Below the pieces are notes generated by a model that was given only the letters and a program-made list of their open reading frames with translations, did no database searches and had not been told where the DNA came from. Source: Haliotis rubra (lineage: Eukaryota). Taken from it: 64,000 nt of DNA. Both the position numbers and the translations under genes were made by a program. The stretch is taken from positions 1,116,001 through 1,180,000 of the forward strand of contig NW_025766962.1 of the NCBI RefSeq assembly GCF_003918875.1. Direction: 5' to 3'. This document shows, piece by piece, positions 35,060-48,100 of the stretch (positions within the stretch are counted from its first letter, which is position 1; every line of letters starts with the position of its first letter).

Positions 35060-36194
35060 CTAGTTCCTGACATCAAATTTGCAAGAAATGGCAATATATT
35101 CTTCAGGTCGGAGGCTAAAATTTCGAGTTTTTCAATATCTTAATCATGTATTATATTCAAAGGAAGTGACTGTAACTTATGTCTAAATCTTCGATACAAC
35201 CTTTTAAATTTTTAATCATGAAAAAAAATAACATATTACATTGTTTAATGTATTGCATGTCACATTATCATAAAGGGTCCGGGTATTGAGACGGGTACCC
35301 GGGTCCAACTCATTACCCACCCGTTCCGGGTATCCGGGTTACCCGTCCCAGCCCTAGTCCCTAAACAATACAAGTATGTGCAGGGGCAAGAGACGACGGA
35401 GAGAAAATCGTGACATGTGAAGGTCTGCAGACGACCAAGGAAATCACAAATCTTTTAAAATATACAAATATTAATAAAATGTCCTTGCACTATGTGTTAT
35501 TAGGTGATCGACTTTATTAGCCATAATTAGGGTAACCATGATTCATTCATAGTTACATCAATAAACACAAAATATATAAAAAGATGGAGTTTTCCTTTTT
35601 CACATAATCAACATGATATAAATCATCTGCGGAATACATTTGTCAGTGTTGTTACCGTAAATTTGAATAGTCACATGCCAACAGACATTAATGATACTTT
35701 CAGAGCAACAATATTTGTGTATTGCTTTGTCAACATTGATCAGAGTGACGTTTGAACATCACTAAGTGAGACTGTTGGAGTTGTAAACAGTAGTGAATTA
35801 TAGGCAGCATGTTTGGTAAATGTGGGAGGAAATCCCGAAGTATTGTTGGTCACAGACGTCCACCACACCGGTGAAAGCCAAGACCAAGGGTACGCTGCTG
35901 ACGACCCAACACTCATTGTCAGGGAAGGTCTGGGATTCAAATCCAGGATCTCTGAATCCTTGTAGGCTCAAGCGCAATAACCCAGGACAGCGAAATGCGT
36001 GATCGGGTTTCGTGTGCGCGTCAGTATTCTCTGAATAACTGTTTGACTGACCTCCAAATGGTTTCAGCTGAAGTTGGACAACAGTATCAACAACAGGAAG
36101 AGATCCACCGCATGTGGTGTCGTCATTGTCTAAAAGTGTAACGACAGGCAAGAAGCGCATTAGACTTTGTGGAGTCTAAATTAAAAGGCATATA

Positions 36195-39100
36195 TTACAC
36201 CGGGTTGCCACTTTTAGAACTGACGACTTCTCTATGGGAGACGTCCTCGTTACTGAAACTGCCGTGTATCACGTTGTCAGCGGAGTCTCTAAATGTATTC
36301 ACTGGGAATAGTGGACTGCCTTGTGAACTCGTCTCGGGTGTACAGGACATTGATGAAACCTCGTCCTCACTCTCATTCAACATAATGTGCTTGATTTCGT
36401 CGTCTTCGTCTGTGAACGCAGCGTCCTGAACATCCCTGAGAAACTTGTCCAGCTCCCCCTGTCCTCCAAGCTGCTTGTCCAGCCAGTCTTTGGCCTTGTT
36501 TACCCCCAAGTCCCACACTAGACGTTCATTTGGGCATTCCAGTGTCAACCAGCAAATCGCCAAACCAGTCGCCCATACCTTTAAGTCCTGAACAAAAAGA
36601 AGGATGTGTATGTAATACTATGTATGTGTTGAGCTGTTATTAAAATCGACTATTTTTGTGTCTAACATGTCTTAGCCGCCAGCCAGTTCACCTGAATGGG
36701 TGCTGGGTTACAGCTGGACGGAGCAGTAGGTCATTACTAGTTTCTTTGCTTCCGTCCACATTTGGTTATATAAAGAAAACTTAGACAGGTAGGGTATTGA
36801 TTTAAATCACTCACAGTGCACACTGCTATCTTTATCAGTCTGTACCGATGTACATTGATGAGACAACAAAGTGCCTCACTCAGCATCCAAGCGCCGTCAT
36901 CCTCCTGCAGTGTCACCATCTCACTCGCTGTGGGCGAATCTGAACAACTCAACACGTCATGGCTGATACACGTTGGATCTGAATTATACCAAAGGAAAGA
37001 TCAATGGTAAAAGTTAAAGATTTGTATCCTTATTTGTCGTACATGAACATATTTCAGATGTATGCTCCCCAGGGAGTTGAGATTGACAATACGATGTGCC
37101 GTTGAGATTGACATCCAGTGAACGAGGGAAAAACAAAGCGCCTTTGAGCAGCTGAGCTGAGCTGGATATCGGCGCTATACAAATGTTAGTATGTATGTAT
37201 GTATGTATGTAAATAAGCGAATAACAGGCAAATAACCCACACCACCTCTGTGACATGTCACATGTTTATGATAGTCAATGTTCAGAATACTGTTGACGAA
37301 TGAGGTGACGTATGTCAGGCCATGTCGTGTTAAGAAATAACAACCGTACATCTGTTTGATTTCTGGCCATGATCAATACATCTGTAACTGAAAGAAACAG
37401 TTGACATCGGGGATTGTAAGTGAACGACTTTCATAATTCCAGTTAAAACATGGTTTCACATGTTGGATGAAAGCCTAAAGACCATCCCTTCTGTGATCCC
37501 AACACGTACGAGCTGCCACACCAGAGTGCATGACCAGTGCAGATTGAACCAACGTGTATTGGATTCAGTCATGAACAACAGATACAACAAATTCCGACAC
37601 CTTAGACGACCTGTGTGTTAAACCATCAGGCGACTGCTGTCAACTTCGGGTAATGTCAAAGCCTACACTCACAGAAATTATTGTTAAACAAATGAGCATT
37701 GTATAGAGCCGAATACAAGATTAGAAACAGAATGTGTATTGCAAATCAAAATGTTTCAAATATATGATTCTATGTCACTCATTCTTTACAACGTTAACTG
37801 TATTGTATTGTAATAAGTTTCTGCGTTATAATACGTTTGAAATACGAAAAGCAGTAAATGACGATGGAAGGCCACGTGTATGATAAAGACAGGTTGATGT
37901 TGTCACCCCTGTATTCGTATACCGATGTAGCCAGGTTATGTATTACCTTCATCAGTGGTCTCTGCTACATCAGCTTCAGTTGCACTGCAAGAGACATCCA
38001 TACACTTGTCTGACTGTTTAATCAGCGTAACATACGACTTACAACAAGTTAAAAATACCGGATTCTTCATAGCATGACATAATTATGTTTTATTTATAAA
38101 TTATTCATAATTTATTTATGATTATTCTTTGGTTATTAGTTTGTACCATATTGCCTTTTACACTTACAAGACCAGGTGTACATATTATGATTATCATTAT
38201 TGTAACGGAGATATAGTGAAACCTTGTTAAATCGGACGGACTAGGCTCCTTGTGACTGACTGACTGACTGAGTTTGGTTTTACGCCGCTTTTAGCAATAT
38301 TCCAGCAACATCATGGCGGGGGACACCAGAAATGGGCCTCACACATTGTACCCATGTGGGGATTCGAACCCGGGTCTTCGGCGTGACGAGGATCCTTGTG
38401 AAAACGTTAAGAGTAACACATTTCGGGAATACCGGGACACTTGCATTTAGAAGCCATCCTTTAACTGTCGCATATTGGATAACAAACAATTACCGAGGTG
38501 CCACAGTAGAAGTATTTTTCACACAGTTATCCGAAAGTTAAATAGTAATTATAAACAAAAATAATCACGATTATGGACACGCCAAACCTTACTCGGGAAT
38601 CGTTCATACCTCATGTCCGTACGCGTTATCTGACGTGTAGCGGGCTGGGGGTGGTCCTCGGTGGTCAATACGTCCACACCAACGAATGACGTGTACTTTG
38701 AAACTACATTACCCGACATACTGGCAGCTACTATCTCATCCTTCTTCACCCCGCCGAACTCTGTGAAATAAGTCATACATACATGCTGACTATTACTGCT
38801 ACTAATACTAAATATCATCTGCATAAAACATTAATTGATTACAAACAAGTTCGCCAGAGAAACACCCTATCCATCATTTAATACCTAATATTCGTATCTA
38901 AGTGGTGCTGGTATACATAGATGAGAAGACGGGTGTGGAGGGGCAGAGTCGAGGGGTGAGGTACGTTGTGAATATGCTCATATTTCCAGGCGATACTTAC
39001 AGGGTTGAATAGTTGTTCCATGCAATACTATTGTTTTGTTTGTGTGTTGTCTCAAGCCTCACTCAGAAATATTCAAGCTATATGACGGCGCTTTGTAAAC

Positions 39101-42100
39101 GTTTGATGTACGTTTTTTTTAAAAATAGATAATGTGTTTGGTTTTTTGGTGAAATAAGGTGTGGTGTGTGGAGTGTGGAGTGAGGTGTGTGGAGTGTGGA
39201 GGGTGTTGTGTGATATGTTTGTCATGTGGTGTGATACGTGGTGTAGTTGGGTGTGGAGTGTGGAGTGAGGTGTGTGGTGTGATATGTTTGTCATGTGGTG
39301 TGATACGTGGTGTAGTTGGGTGTGGAGTGTGGAGTGAGGTGTGTGGAGTGATATGTTTGTCATGTGGTGTGATACGTGGTGTAGTTGGGTGTGGAGTGTG
39401 GAGTGAGGTGTGTGGTGTGATATGTTTGTCATGTGGTGTGATAAGTGGTGTAGTTGGGTGTGGAGTGTGGAGTGAGGTGTGTGGTGTGATATGTTTGTCA
39501 TGTGGTGTGATACGTGGTGTAGTTGGGTGTGGTGTGTGGTGTGTGGAGTGAGGTGTGTGGTGTGATATGTTTGTCATGTGTTGTGATACGTGGTGTAGTT
39601 GGGTGTGGAGTGTGGAGTGAGGTGTGTGGAGTGATATGTTTGTCATGTGGTGTGATACGTGGTGTAGTTGGGTGTGGTGTGGTGTGTGTGAGTGAGGTGT
39701 GTGGTGTGATATGTTTGTCATGTGGTGTGATACGTGGTGTAGTTGGGTGTGGAGTGTGGAGTGAGGTGTGTGGAGTGATATGTTTGTCATGTGGTGTAGT
39801 TGGGTGTGGAGTGTGGAGTGAGGTGTGTGGTGTGATATGTTTGTCATGTGGTGTGATACGTGGTGTAGTTGGGTGTGGAGTGTGGAGTGAGGTGTGTGGT
39901 GTGATATGTTTGTCATGTGGTGTGATACGTGGTGTAGTTGGGTGTGGAGTGTGGAGTGAGGTGTGTGGTGTGATATGTTTGTCATGTGGTGTGATACGTG
40001 GTGTAGTTGGGTGTGGAGTGTGGAGTGAGGTGTGTGGAGTGATATGTTTGTCATGTGGTGTGATAAGTGGTGTAGTTGGGTGTGGAGTGTGGAGTGAGGT
40101 GTGTGGTGTGATATGTTTGTCATGTGGTGTGATACGTGGTGTAGTTGGGTGTGGAGTGTGGAGTGATATGTTTGTGATGTGGTGTGATACGTGGTGTAGT
40201 TGGGTGTGGAGTGTGGAGTGAGGTGTGTGGTGTGATATGTTTGTCATGTGGTGTGATACGTGGTGTAGTTGGGTGTGGAGTGTGGAGTGATATGTTTGTC
40301 ATGTGGTGTGATAAGCGGTGTAGTTGAGTGTGGTGTGTGGTGTGAGGTGTGATATGTTTGTCATGTCGTGTGATACGTGGTGTGTGGAGTGAGGTGTGTG
40401 GTGTGAGGTGTGATATGTTTGTCATGTGGTGTGATACGTGGTGTAGTTGAGTGTGGAGTGTGGAGTGAGGTATGTGGTGTGATATGTTTGTCATGTCGTG
40501 TGATACGTGGTGTAGTTGGGTGTGGTGTGTGGAGTGTGGTGTGTGGTGTGATATGTTTGTCATGTGGTGTGATACGTGGTGTAGTTGAGTGTGGTGTGTG
40601 GTGTGAGGTGTGATATGTTTGTCATGTGGTGTTATACGTGGTGTAGTTGGGTGTGGTGTGTGGAGTGAGGTGTGTGGTGTGAGGTGTGATATGTTTGTCA
40701 TGTCGTGTGATACGTGGTGTAGTTGAGTGTGGTGTGTGGAGTGAGGTATGTGGTGTGATATGTTTGTCATGTCGTGTGATACGTGGTGTAGTTGGGTGTG
40801 GTGTGTGGAGTGTGGTGTGTGGTGTGATATGTTTGTCATGTGGTGTGATACGTGGTGTAGTTGAGTGTGGTGTGTGGTGTGAGGTGTGATATGTTTGTCA
40901 TATGGTGTGATACGTGGTGTAGTTGGTTGTGGTGTGAACTGTGCAGTTTCATCTGTTTGTGAGGAGTGTGAGGTGTTGCAGTGTTTTGTTGTTGATGGGA
41001 CGTGTTATGATGTGATGAGGTGTGCTGTGATGTGAACTGTGCGTGGTGATGTATGTGTTCAATGCCGTGTCCTTGTACCTGCGTTATTACCTTTGTCGAT
41101 GACTTCCAGGTGTTTGATAAGAGCGTTGATGGCCATCCTGTGCATGTATGTTTCAGACGTGGTGACCGCGTCCCTGGAGACGTCGAACGTCAACGTGTGC
41201 GTGAACCCCTTCTCCCCAATCCTGCCAGAGACTCTGGCTGTTCCGATAGATGGCGTGTGACGATCAATCTGTGTAGAGAACGTGAGTGAGTGAGTGAGTT
41301 TGGCTTCCCACCACTTTGGGTACTTCTTCAGTAATAACCCGGAACATCTGCTTGATGCGGAGGAAAGTCTGAAGTGATGCAGTTCTTAAGCTTTCACCAT
41401 GTCACGAGTGTTCACAAACCATAAATCGTAATAGGGCGAGTGTATTGTCATATCTTGTCCCATCCTCCAGTGTAGGCTTTCTTCATTATGATAAATACAA
41501 TAGACCCATTCAAATATTACTTCGAAAGTGACTTCTCAATCTCGTTTTTCTCGTCACCTCCCGCTCATGAGAATAATATGATAATTGTTTATAATGTCAT
41601 CTCCATTAAACACAGCTGGGGTAGCGAATAGGTTCATAAAACACAGAACGAAGATAGAGACCCTGGCACATCGATGATGGTATGGCATGGATTCGACATC
41701 CATGGTTTGTAAGTGCATGCATTACTGGCATTGGTGTTGCATAACATCTGCTCACTCAATTACTAAAATATAGAAGCACCAAGATATTATTACAAGTATT
41801 TTATAATATCGGTATGTTCATACTCTTGAAACAGCACGCTGGTTTACCGTCACGCCAAAGTCGTGGGATCGATCCTCGTCTTGGTTAAATTCACGAAGCC
41901 TCCTTTTGATATTGGTTCTATATTGTTAAAGCAGGGTAAAGCCATACCCACTCACTCACTGTTACAACAGTTTCCCTTGACACATACAAGCAACACGAGA
42001 TCTGTTTAATCTGAATCTCTGCAACCAAGATGGTAATGACAACATACAACACTGCCATGTCTCACCTCCCCATCCACAATAGCATAAACTGTGTATCTCC

Positions 42101-45100
42101 CTCCATTGAACATCACTGGGCAATCTCTCGGCAGTCTCCATGTCACTTTCAGACCCTCGGGAAGGTCAAGTGTGAGGTCAAGGTCGGTTACGATGGGTTG
42201 CAAAGCGTACCTCAACAGCTTCATCACCTTCAAACAGTGAAATATGTGTTATTACTTCAATCATGGTAGTTTAAGTAACACATAATGAGATTTATCTTGC
42301 CTCACACATAAATGTCTTTTTCTGATTGGTTGAGAGCTCTTCTATTATTTTCAATGTACCCAGCTTACAAGCGAGTAACATTGTCTATGTACCCCGCTGG
42401 GAATGCCAAACTCATTTGGTACTTCGTAGTAGTAATTCGTTATCTCGAATTACATTGAATCACGCGCATAATGTACGGAAATTACCGATATTTTGCGAAT
42501 GCAAATCGATGGAAGGGAGATAACTCTAAATTTGATTTTCTTGTCGTCTTGTCGTCTGGTACTCCATCCTATGATCCGATACCCGTGCTTCAAACAGTTC
42601 AAAATTACCATATAGGTGTTCGGTAAGATAAATACGTTGTTCACATAAAGAAACATCGAGGGTACTCCAGCCCATGCCCCCCTCGAGACCAGTGAACAAC
42701 TTATAATATTATGAGATAACATATCATGAAAGAAATTAAATACCATTTTGTTAATCAACATCAAGGATAAAATCCTATGAAAAAGTATTATGTTTCCGGT
42801 GATAGTTGGTGTCAGCCGTGTGACATATGCCTGCATAATTGTGTGTGTTATTTCATATGTACCAGAATACTTTGGTATAATTAATTACTGTTCTTATATC
42901 TAACTCATTGTCTCAGTGACATGTTGTCATTCACAGGTCTTCACTCCATAACATCAGACGTTAAGGGCCTCAACTACCCAACTTCACTGAGTGTTGTCCA
43001 TATGCTAAGTCCATACATTTGAGGAAGCATCAACTAAATTTGTATAAAGTTCCATAAATAGAGGTTACAAAACTCTTTATATTGTCATAAAAACTCTACA
43101 CAAAGGCATGGTCGATTGTTTCTTATGAGTTTCACGATATACTATATTCACCTTCTTATGAAGATTATCAGCGTCTCTCACAAACTCCACCAGCCCACCT
43201 CCGGCCTTGGCGACTCTCCTCACCAGCGACGTCGACAACGCAGCACCGACACTCACTGTAAAGACCCTGGGTAGAGACAGAGTTTACAATCGTAGACACC
43301 TAGACACTGTGCCTGACAGTGTTAATTATTAAACATGTATGAAACTTTTACATGGCGCCTGAAATAGCTCGAAATGCGTTCCTTGACGTGGAGGAATATT
43401 GCAACATGACATCAAGCTTATCATTCTGCTTGTCCTATATACGTAACTGGAATGATGCTGAAAGCCAAGTTGAACCCGACAGTTTTACCTGACATTATAT
43501 ACGTATCGTCATATGTAACACTTTGACGATATCAAGGTACAATTGTGACACCTAGCCCGAAGTAAATAAGATTCCTAGGAAAGCGCACCTGCACGATCTG
43601 GCTTTCCTCCTGACCAGGGCCACTACGTGACCGACCCTGGAGACGTCTCCGTCCGTCAGAAGGAACACCTGCAGCAGAACACTGATACATAACATCCACA
43701 GGAGCGATATGTCGCATAATCTAACGAGAATTTTTACTGGAGGAAACACATCTAAACCTTTACGATAAATTTACAATTTCACGAACGACGATACTGCTAC
43801 TGCTACTGCTACTGCTACCACTTTTATTAATGCTACTCCTGCTACTACTACTAATGATATTTCTACTACTATTGCCACCACTGCTAATCGTTAGACTACT
43901 GCCACGAATGACTGTGACCATCACTATTCATGAAGCTGACAATAATTCACTAAATATAAACATTTTTATTGTTACTGTACAATATTAACATTTTCGGAAA
44001 TGAAAGTTAAATTGACAAATGTAAACAGAGTAGTTCTCTGGGGGTATGACACATCCCGCTCTGATAAACAGAAGTCCTACCTGTCGTGAGTAGCCGGGGA
44101 TTTCTCCTCTCTCCAACACGAATTGTATCGGGTTAAAAAACTCACTTCCTCCCATATCCGCCCTCAGATCCTCCTGGAGCTCCAAGGCTTTTTTCAGGGA
44201 GGCTGGCCCGTAACGCTCGCTCCCCCTTCAAAACATGGTTACACAGGTATTTTGAAGGATCACGGGGGAAGGGTTCGCCCACCCAAACCCATTCAAAAAC
44301 ATAAAGGACCCCCTGGCAAGAGTAAGAAACATAATTGCATACATATTCCTTGGTCTTATTAAAGAAAAAGCACCCCAAATATTTTCGATTTTAAATTATT
44401 TTGGAATTTCAATTACAAACTTGCGTGTACAATTGATTAATCAATAAAATACGAAATCGTGTTTCTGTTTTGAACTTTTGTGTGAATATTTCCCTCTATC
44501 CCCATTTAAGTTATCAATTAAAAATTATCTTGATTGAATAGAAAATCGTGATTCTGAGTTATGGTGTTAAAATGCACTTCTGTATTTATTAAATTCCTTT
44601 ACCGAGGGAAAAGGGGAGAAAATCCGGTTCCAAAGCTGATGACATTGAAGTAGCAGTCTGTCGGAAGACTCTTCAGGAAGCACAACAGAAGGTCTTGGGT
44701 TCTTCGTATCGGTTTGCCACTCATGCTGCCTGTTGTGGAAAGAATTGCCAGTGTCAACACCACCAACTGCATGGCTATTTTGCGTGATGGTTATCATTGA
44801 TACGGTTCGTATGCCCGGTAATTGATTCTTTGTTTATAACGCCATAACAAACAGTATGACACGTTTAGGAATATGGTCTGTAAATACTCAAATCTAGACC
44901 AGACATTCAAGGGTAACTTTCATATAGTGTGGTATCTTATTAACAAAGTAATATGTACACACATCCTAGAATAAACATGCAATTATTTAGGTTTAGCCCA
45001 GTGACCAGAAACAGCAGCAGGAATTGTCTCCCTTAGTTGTGCCAGTATTCGAAGGAATATCTTGACAACTATTCTAGGCTTGTCATCACATATTAGTGAT

Positions 45101-48100
45101 TTGCACAAATGGATAGTACCTATATCTACACCATATTAACCTGACACGCCACAACATATATTGCCGAAAATATCCACCATCATCATAACCATTCGATTTA
45201 TAACGAACGCGTTAATAACGAACTGGCTCATATGAGGAACTGTGTACTTTGGTACCGGTCACTTGCGGTCGAAATGCTTGTAACGAACTACGGTTGTAAA
45301 GAACTAAAGTAGTACCTTTGTGTTCGTTAAAACCGTATTTCACAGTAGTTGTATATACGACGGCTGGCTACAGAATCCTGTATGCATATGATCATACAAC
45401 ACACGCATCAGGCAACACACGCATCAGCGCAAACACACGCATCATACAACACACGCATCAGGCAACACACGCATCATACAACACACGCATCAGGCAACAC
45501 ACGCATCATACAACACACGCATCAGACAACACACGCATCATACAACACAAGTATCATACAACAGTACAAGCCGCCTGCACGTACCTGATCGGTCTAAGAT
45601 GAAGATGAACTCAGCGTTCAGAGGCCCCGAGATGACATTTGGGTGCAAGGACATCATCAGTATGTCTCGCCGAAGGAGGGATGAAGATGCACCTGTGTAT
45701 GACAACAGAAACGACTAACGGAGGGATATATTCGAAGCCTGGCAACTGACTCAGCATGCTTGCTCTTAGTTATCGGTGAGTTTCTACTGAAAACATGGTC
45801 CTTTCATATCTATTTGTTTTAAATGCCACACTTAGTTATATTCCAGCTACGTCTCGACTGAAATCAGCCGTCAAGAGCAAACAAGATGTCCAGAGTATAC
45901 AATCCGCCAAAAGCATACAAGATGTCCAGAGCATACAAGATGTCTTTAGCAAGTGGAGTGATTATTGCAATGACAGGACCGACACACTCGTTGCCTCTCA
46001 CAACAAGGGCGTGTTACTTTGAAGTCAGAATCAGGACTTCAATGGCATCAGTAATATATACCAATAACAATCAGGCAGCGGGGTATCCAACAATGAAACC
46101 CCGTTAATCAGACCCACCATAACCAGTCACTTCTGGAAGTTAAAGACATTAAAGTATACATTAACATAATATCAGATAGTTCTAATGCAGATACGTCGTC
46201 GTATGCGCGGACGTTACGTGGTTGCCCGTTTAAGGGGTTTCCAGACTAAAGGGGTTCCTTCTAAAAGGGGTTTCCTGTTTAGTGATGTACGACGGTACCT
46301 TTGTCTCCTTTCTCCAGGGAAGTCTGGATGTTGTAGTCTTCCCCATATAGAATGTTGAACGATAGGTTATGTGTTGGACTGAATGGTTCAGTGAGACGTA
46401 TCTGAAATGACACATCGTTCACACATTGACGTCAAAGCTACATGTTAGATGTATGGACTATATAATGGTGCCTGCTGCGTACAAACGCCACTAACATCAC
46501 CACCACCACTACCATCACCACCAACAGCTGATCCCTAAGGATTTGTTCTTTCTTCTTTATTACGTATTACATTGCTCAAATAAATTAATAATTAAGAAGT
46601 CGTATCATTTCATCAATTTTCCAACGATGCTAAATGTGCCTCTGTTCACAGAAATCGATGATCTTGTTGTATGTTGTGTGTCCCCTCCGTGGTATTGCTA
46701 TTTGACAACACTTTCAGTTGCACTCCTAGAACCTGCATCTTGTGACGCTGGGCGATCACGGGAAACATACCGGTACCAACTTCGTATAGCAGGTGTGCTG
46801 AACATTATAGAATTCACAATAATGTCAGACCGAAATATTTCTATTTTGACAAAACAAGACGTATACACAATCGAATTCAGGTTACTTTGCAAAAAAATAT
46901 GTATTTTGTTATAAAATAATACAGGATTCTGACAATGCTGGAGGAATGATGTGGATAAGGGGAAATTTGCTGAGATACACTCTTACTAATCGTNNNNNNN
47001 NNNNNNNNNNNNNNNNNNNNNNNNNNNNNNNNNNNNNNNNNNNNNNNNNNNNNNNNNNNNNNNNNNNNNNNNNNNNNNNNNNNNNNNNNNNNNNNNNNNN
47101 NNNNNNNNNNNNNNNNNNNNNNNNNNNNNNNNNNNNNNNNCGATTCCGCCGTCCACAACCGTGGTCAGCCTGTCTGTAGTGGACCACACCCTGACTATCT
47201 CGTGCTTAGACACCACGGTGCCGTGGAAGGTCAGATTGTAGCAGGTTGCACTCACATCAGGCACAGTCGCATCTTCATCTGCATCTACGGTAACAGAAGA
47301 CCATCAGCTTATCGCCTGTTTCGGCAATATCCATTGACTATATGAAGAATGGCTTTGACATTGTATTCATGGATGGTACATAGCGAGTCTAGTTAGTCGG
47401 CGTGACGAGCAAATGTTTTCATCACTAGGGTCCTTCACTGCCTCTGTATGTAGTTGTCATTACTAAAAGATGTAGTTTTCTTTGGGAAAATCTTGTAATT
47501 GAGCGACATGTCAGATGTTCATTAACGAAGTTATTTTTCGTGTATTTGTCAACAAACGTAACAATAAAGACACATTGTCGCAGTTTCAGACTTATCGATC
47601 TGATACGCTGAATGGTGCAACTAGTACAGTTTATCATAAATGTTAAATATTGAACCAAACAAGGACTACATACCTAAATTTAATGGAGGAATTGTTCAAT
47701 GAGAGAGAACAGCAATTTGAACCAAAGAATTATAAAATTTGGGTATATATTTCTATTCCTATTCACATTGAACAAATCCCCCACACCCCGAAAACAACAA
47801 CAAACAAGGAAAAAAAACCCCAAAAAACTAAAACTCTTCTTAGAAGCTGCGAGATTTTTTTATACTTCTCTGTAGTTATACACATGTGATAAATTGTTAT
47901 TTTGCATTTATAGTACTAAACTTCGAAACCTGTCTTAATGACAATTTTCTGATAAAGGACACATCGCCTTGTCATCTCATTATATACTATCACCTTATTA
48001 CACATACTGAGTGCATACAGTAAGGATGCCAGCTAATATCTTGCTTCACACATAAATGTCGTTTTTCTGATTGGCTGAGCGCTTTTCTATTATTTTCAAT

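Noticed and set aside
39073-40889. His/Thr/Pro-rich and Cys/Gly/Val-rich ORFs
   Set aside because: Artefacts of the 69-bp intronic minisatellite, which is open in several frames
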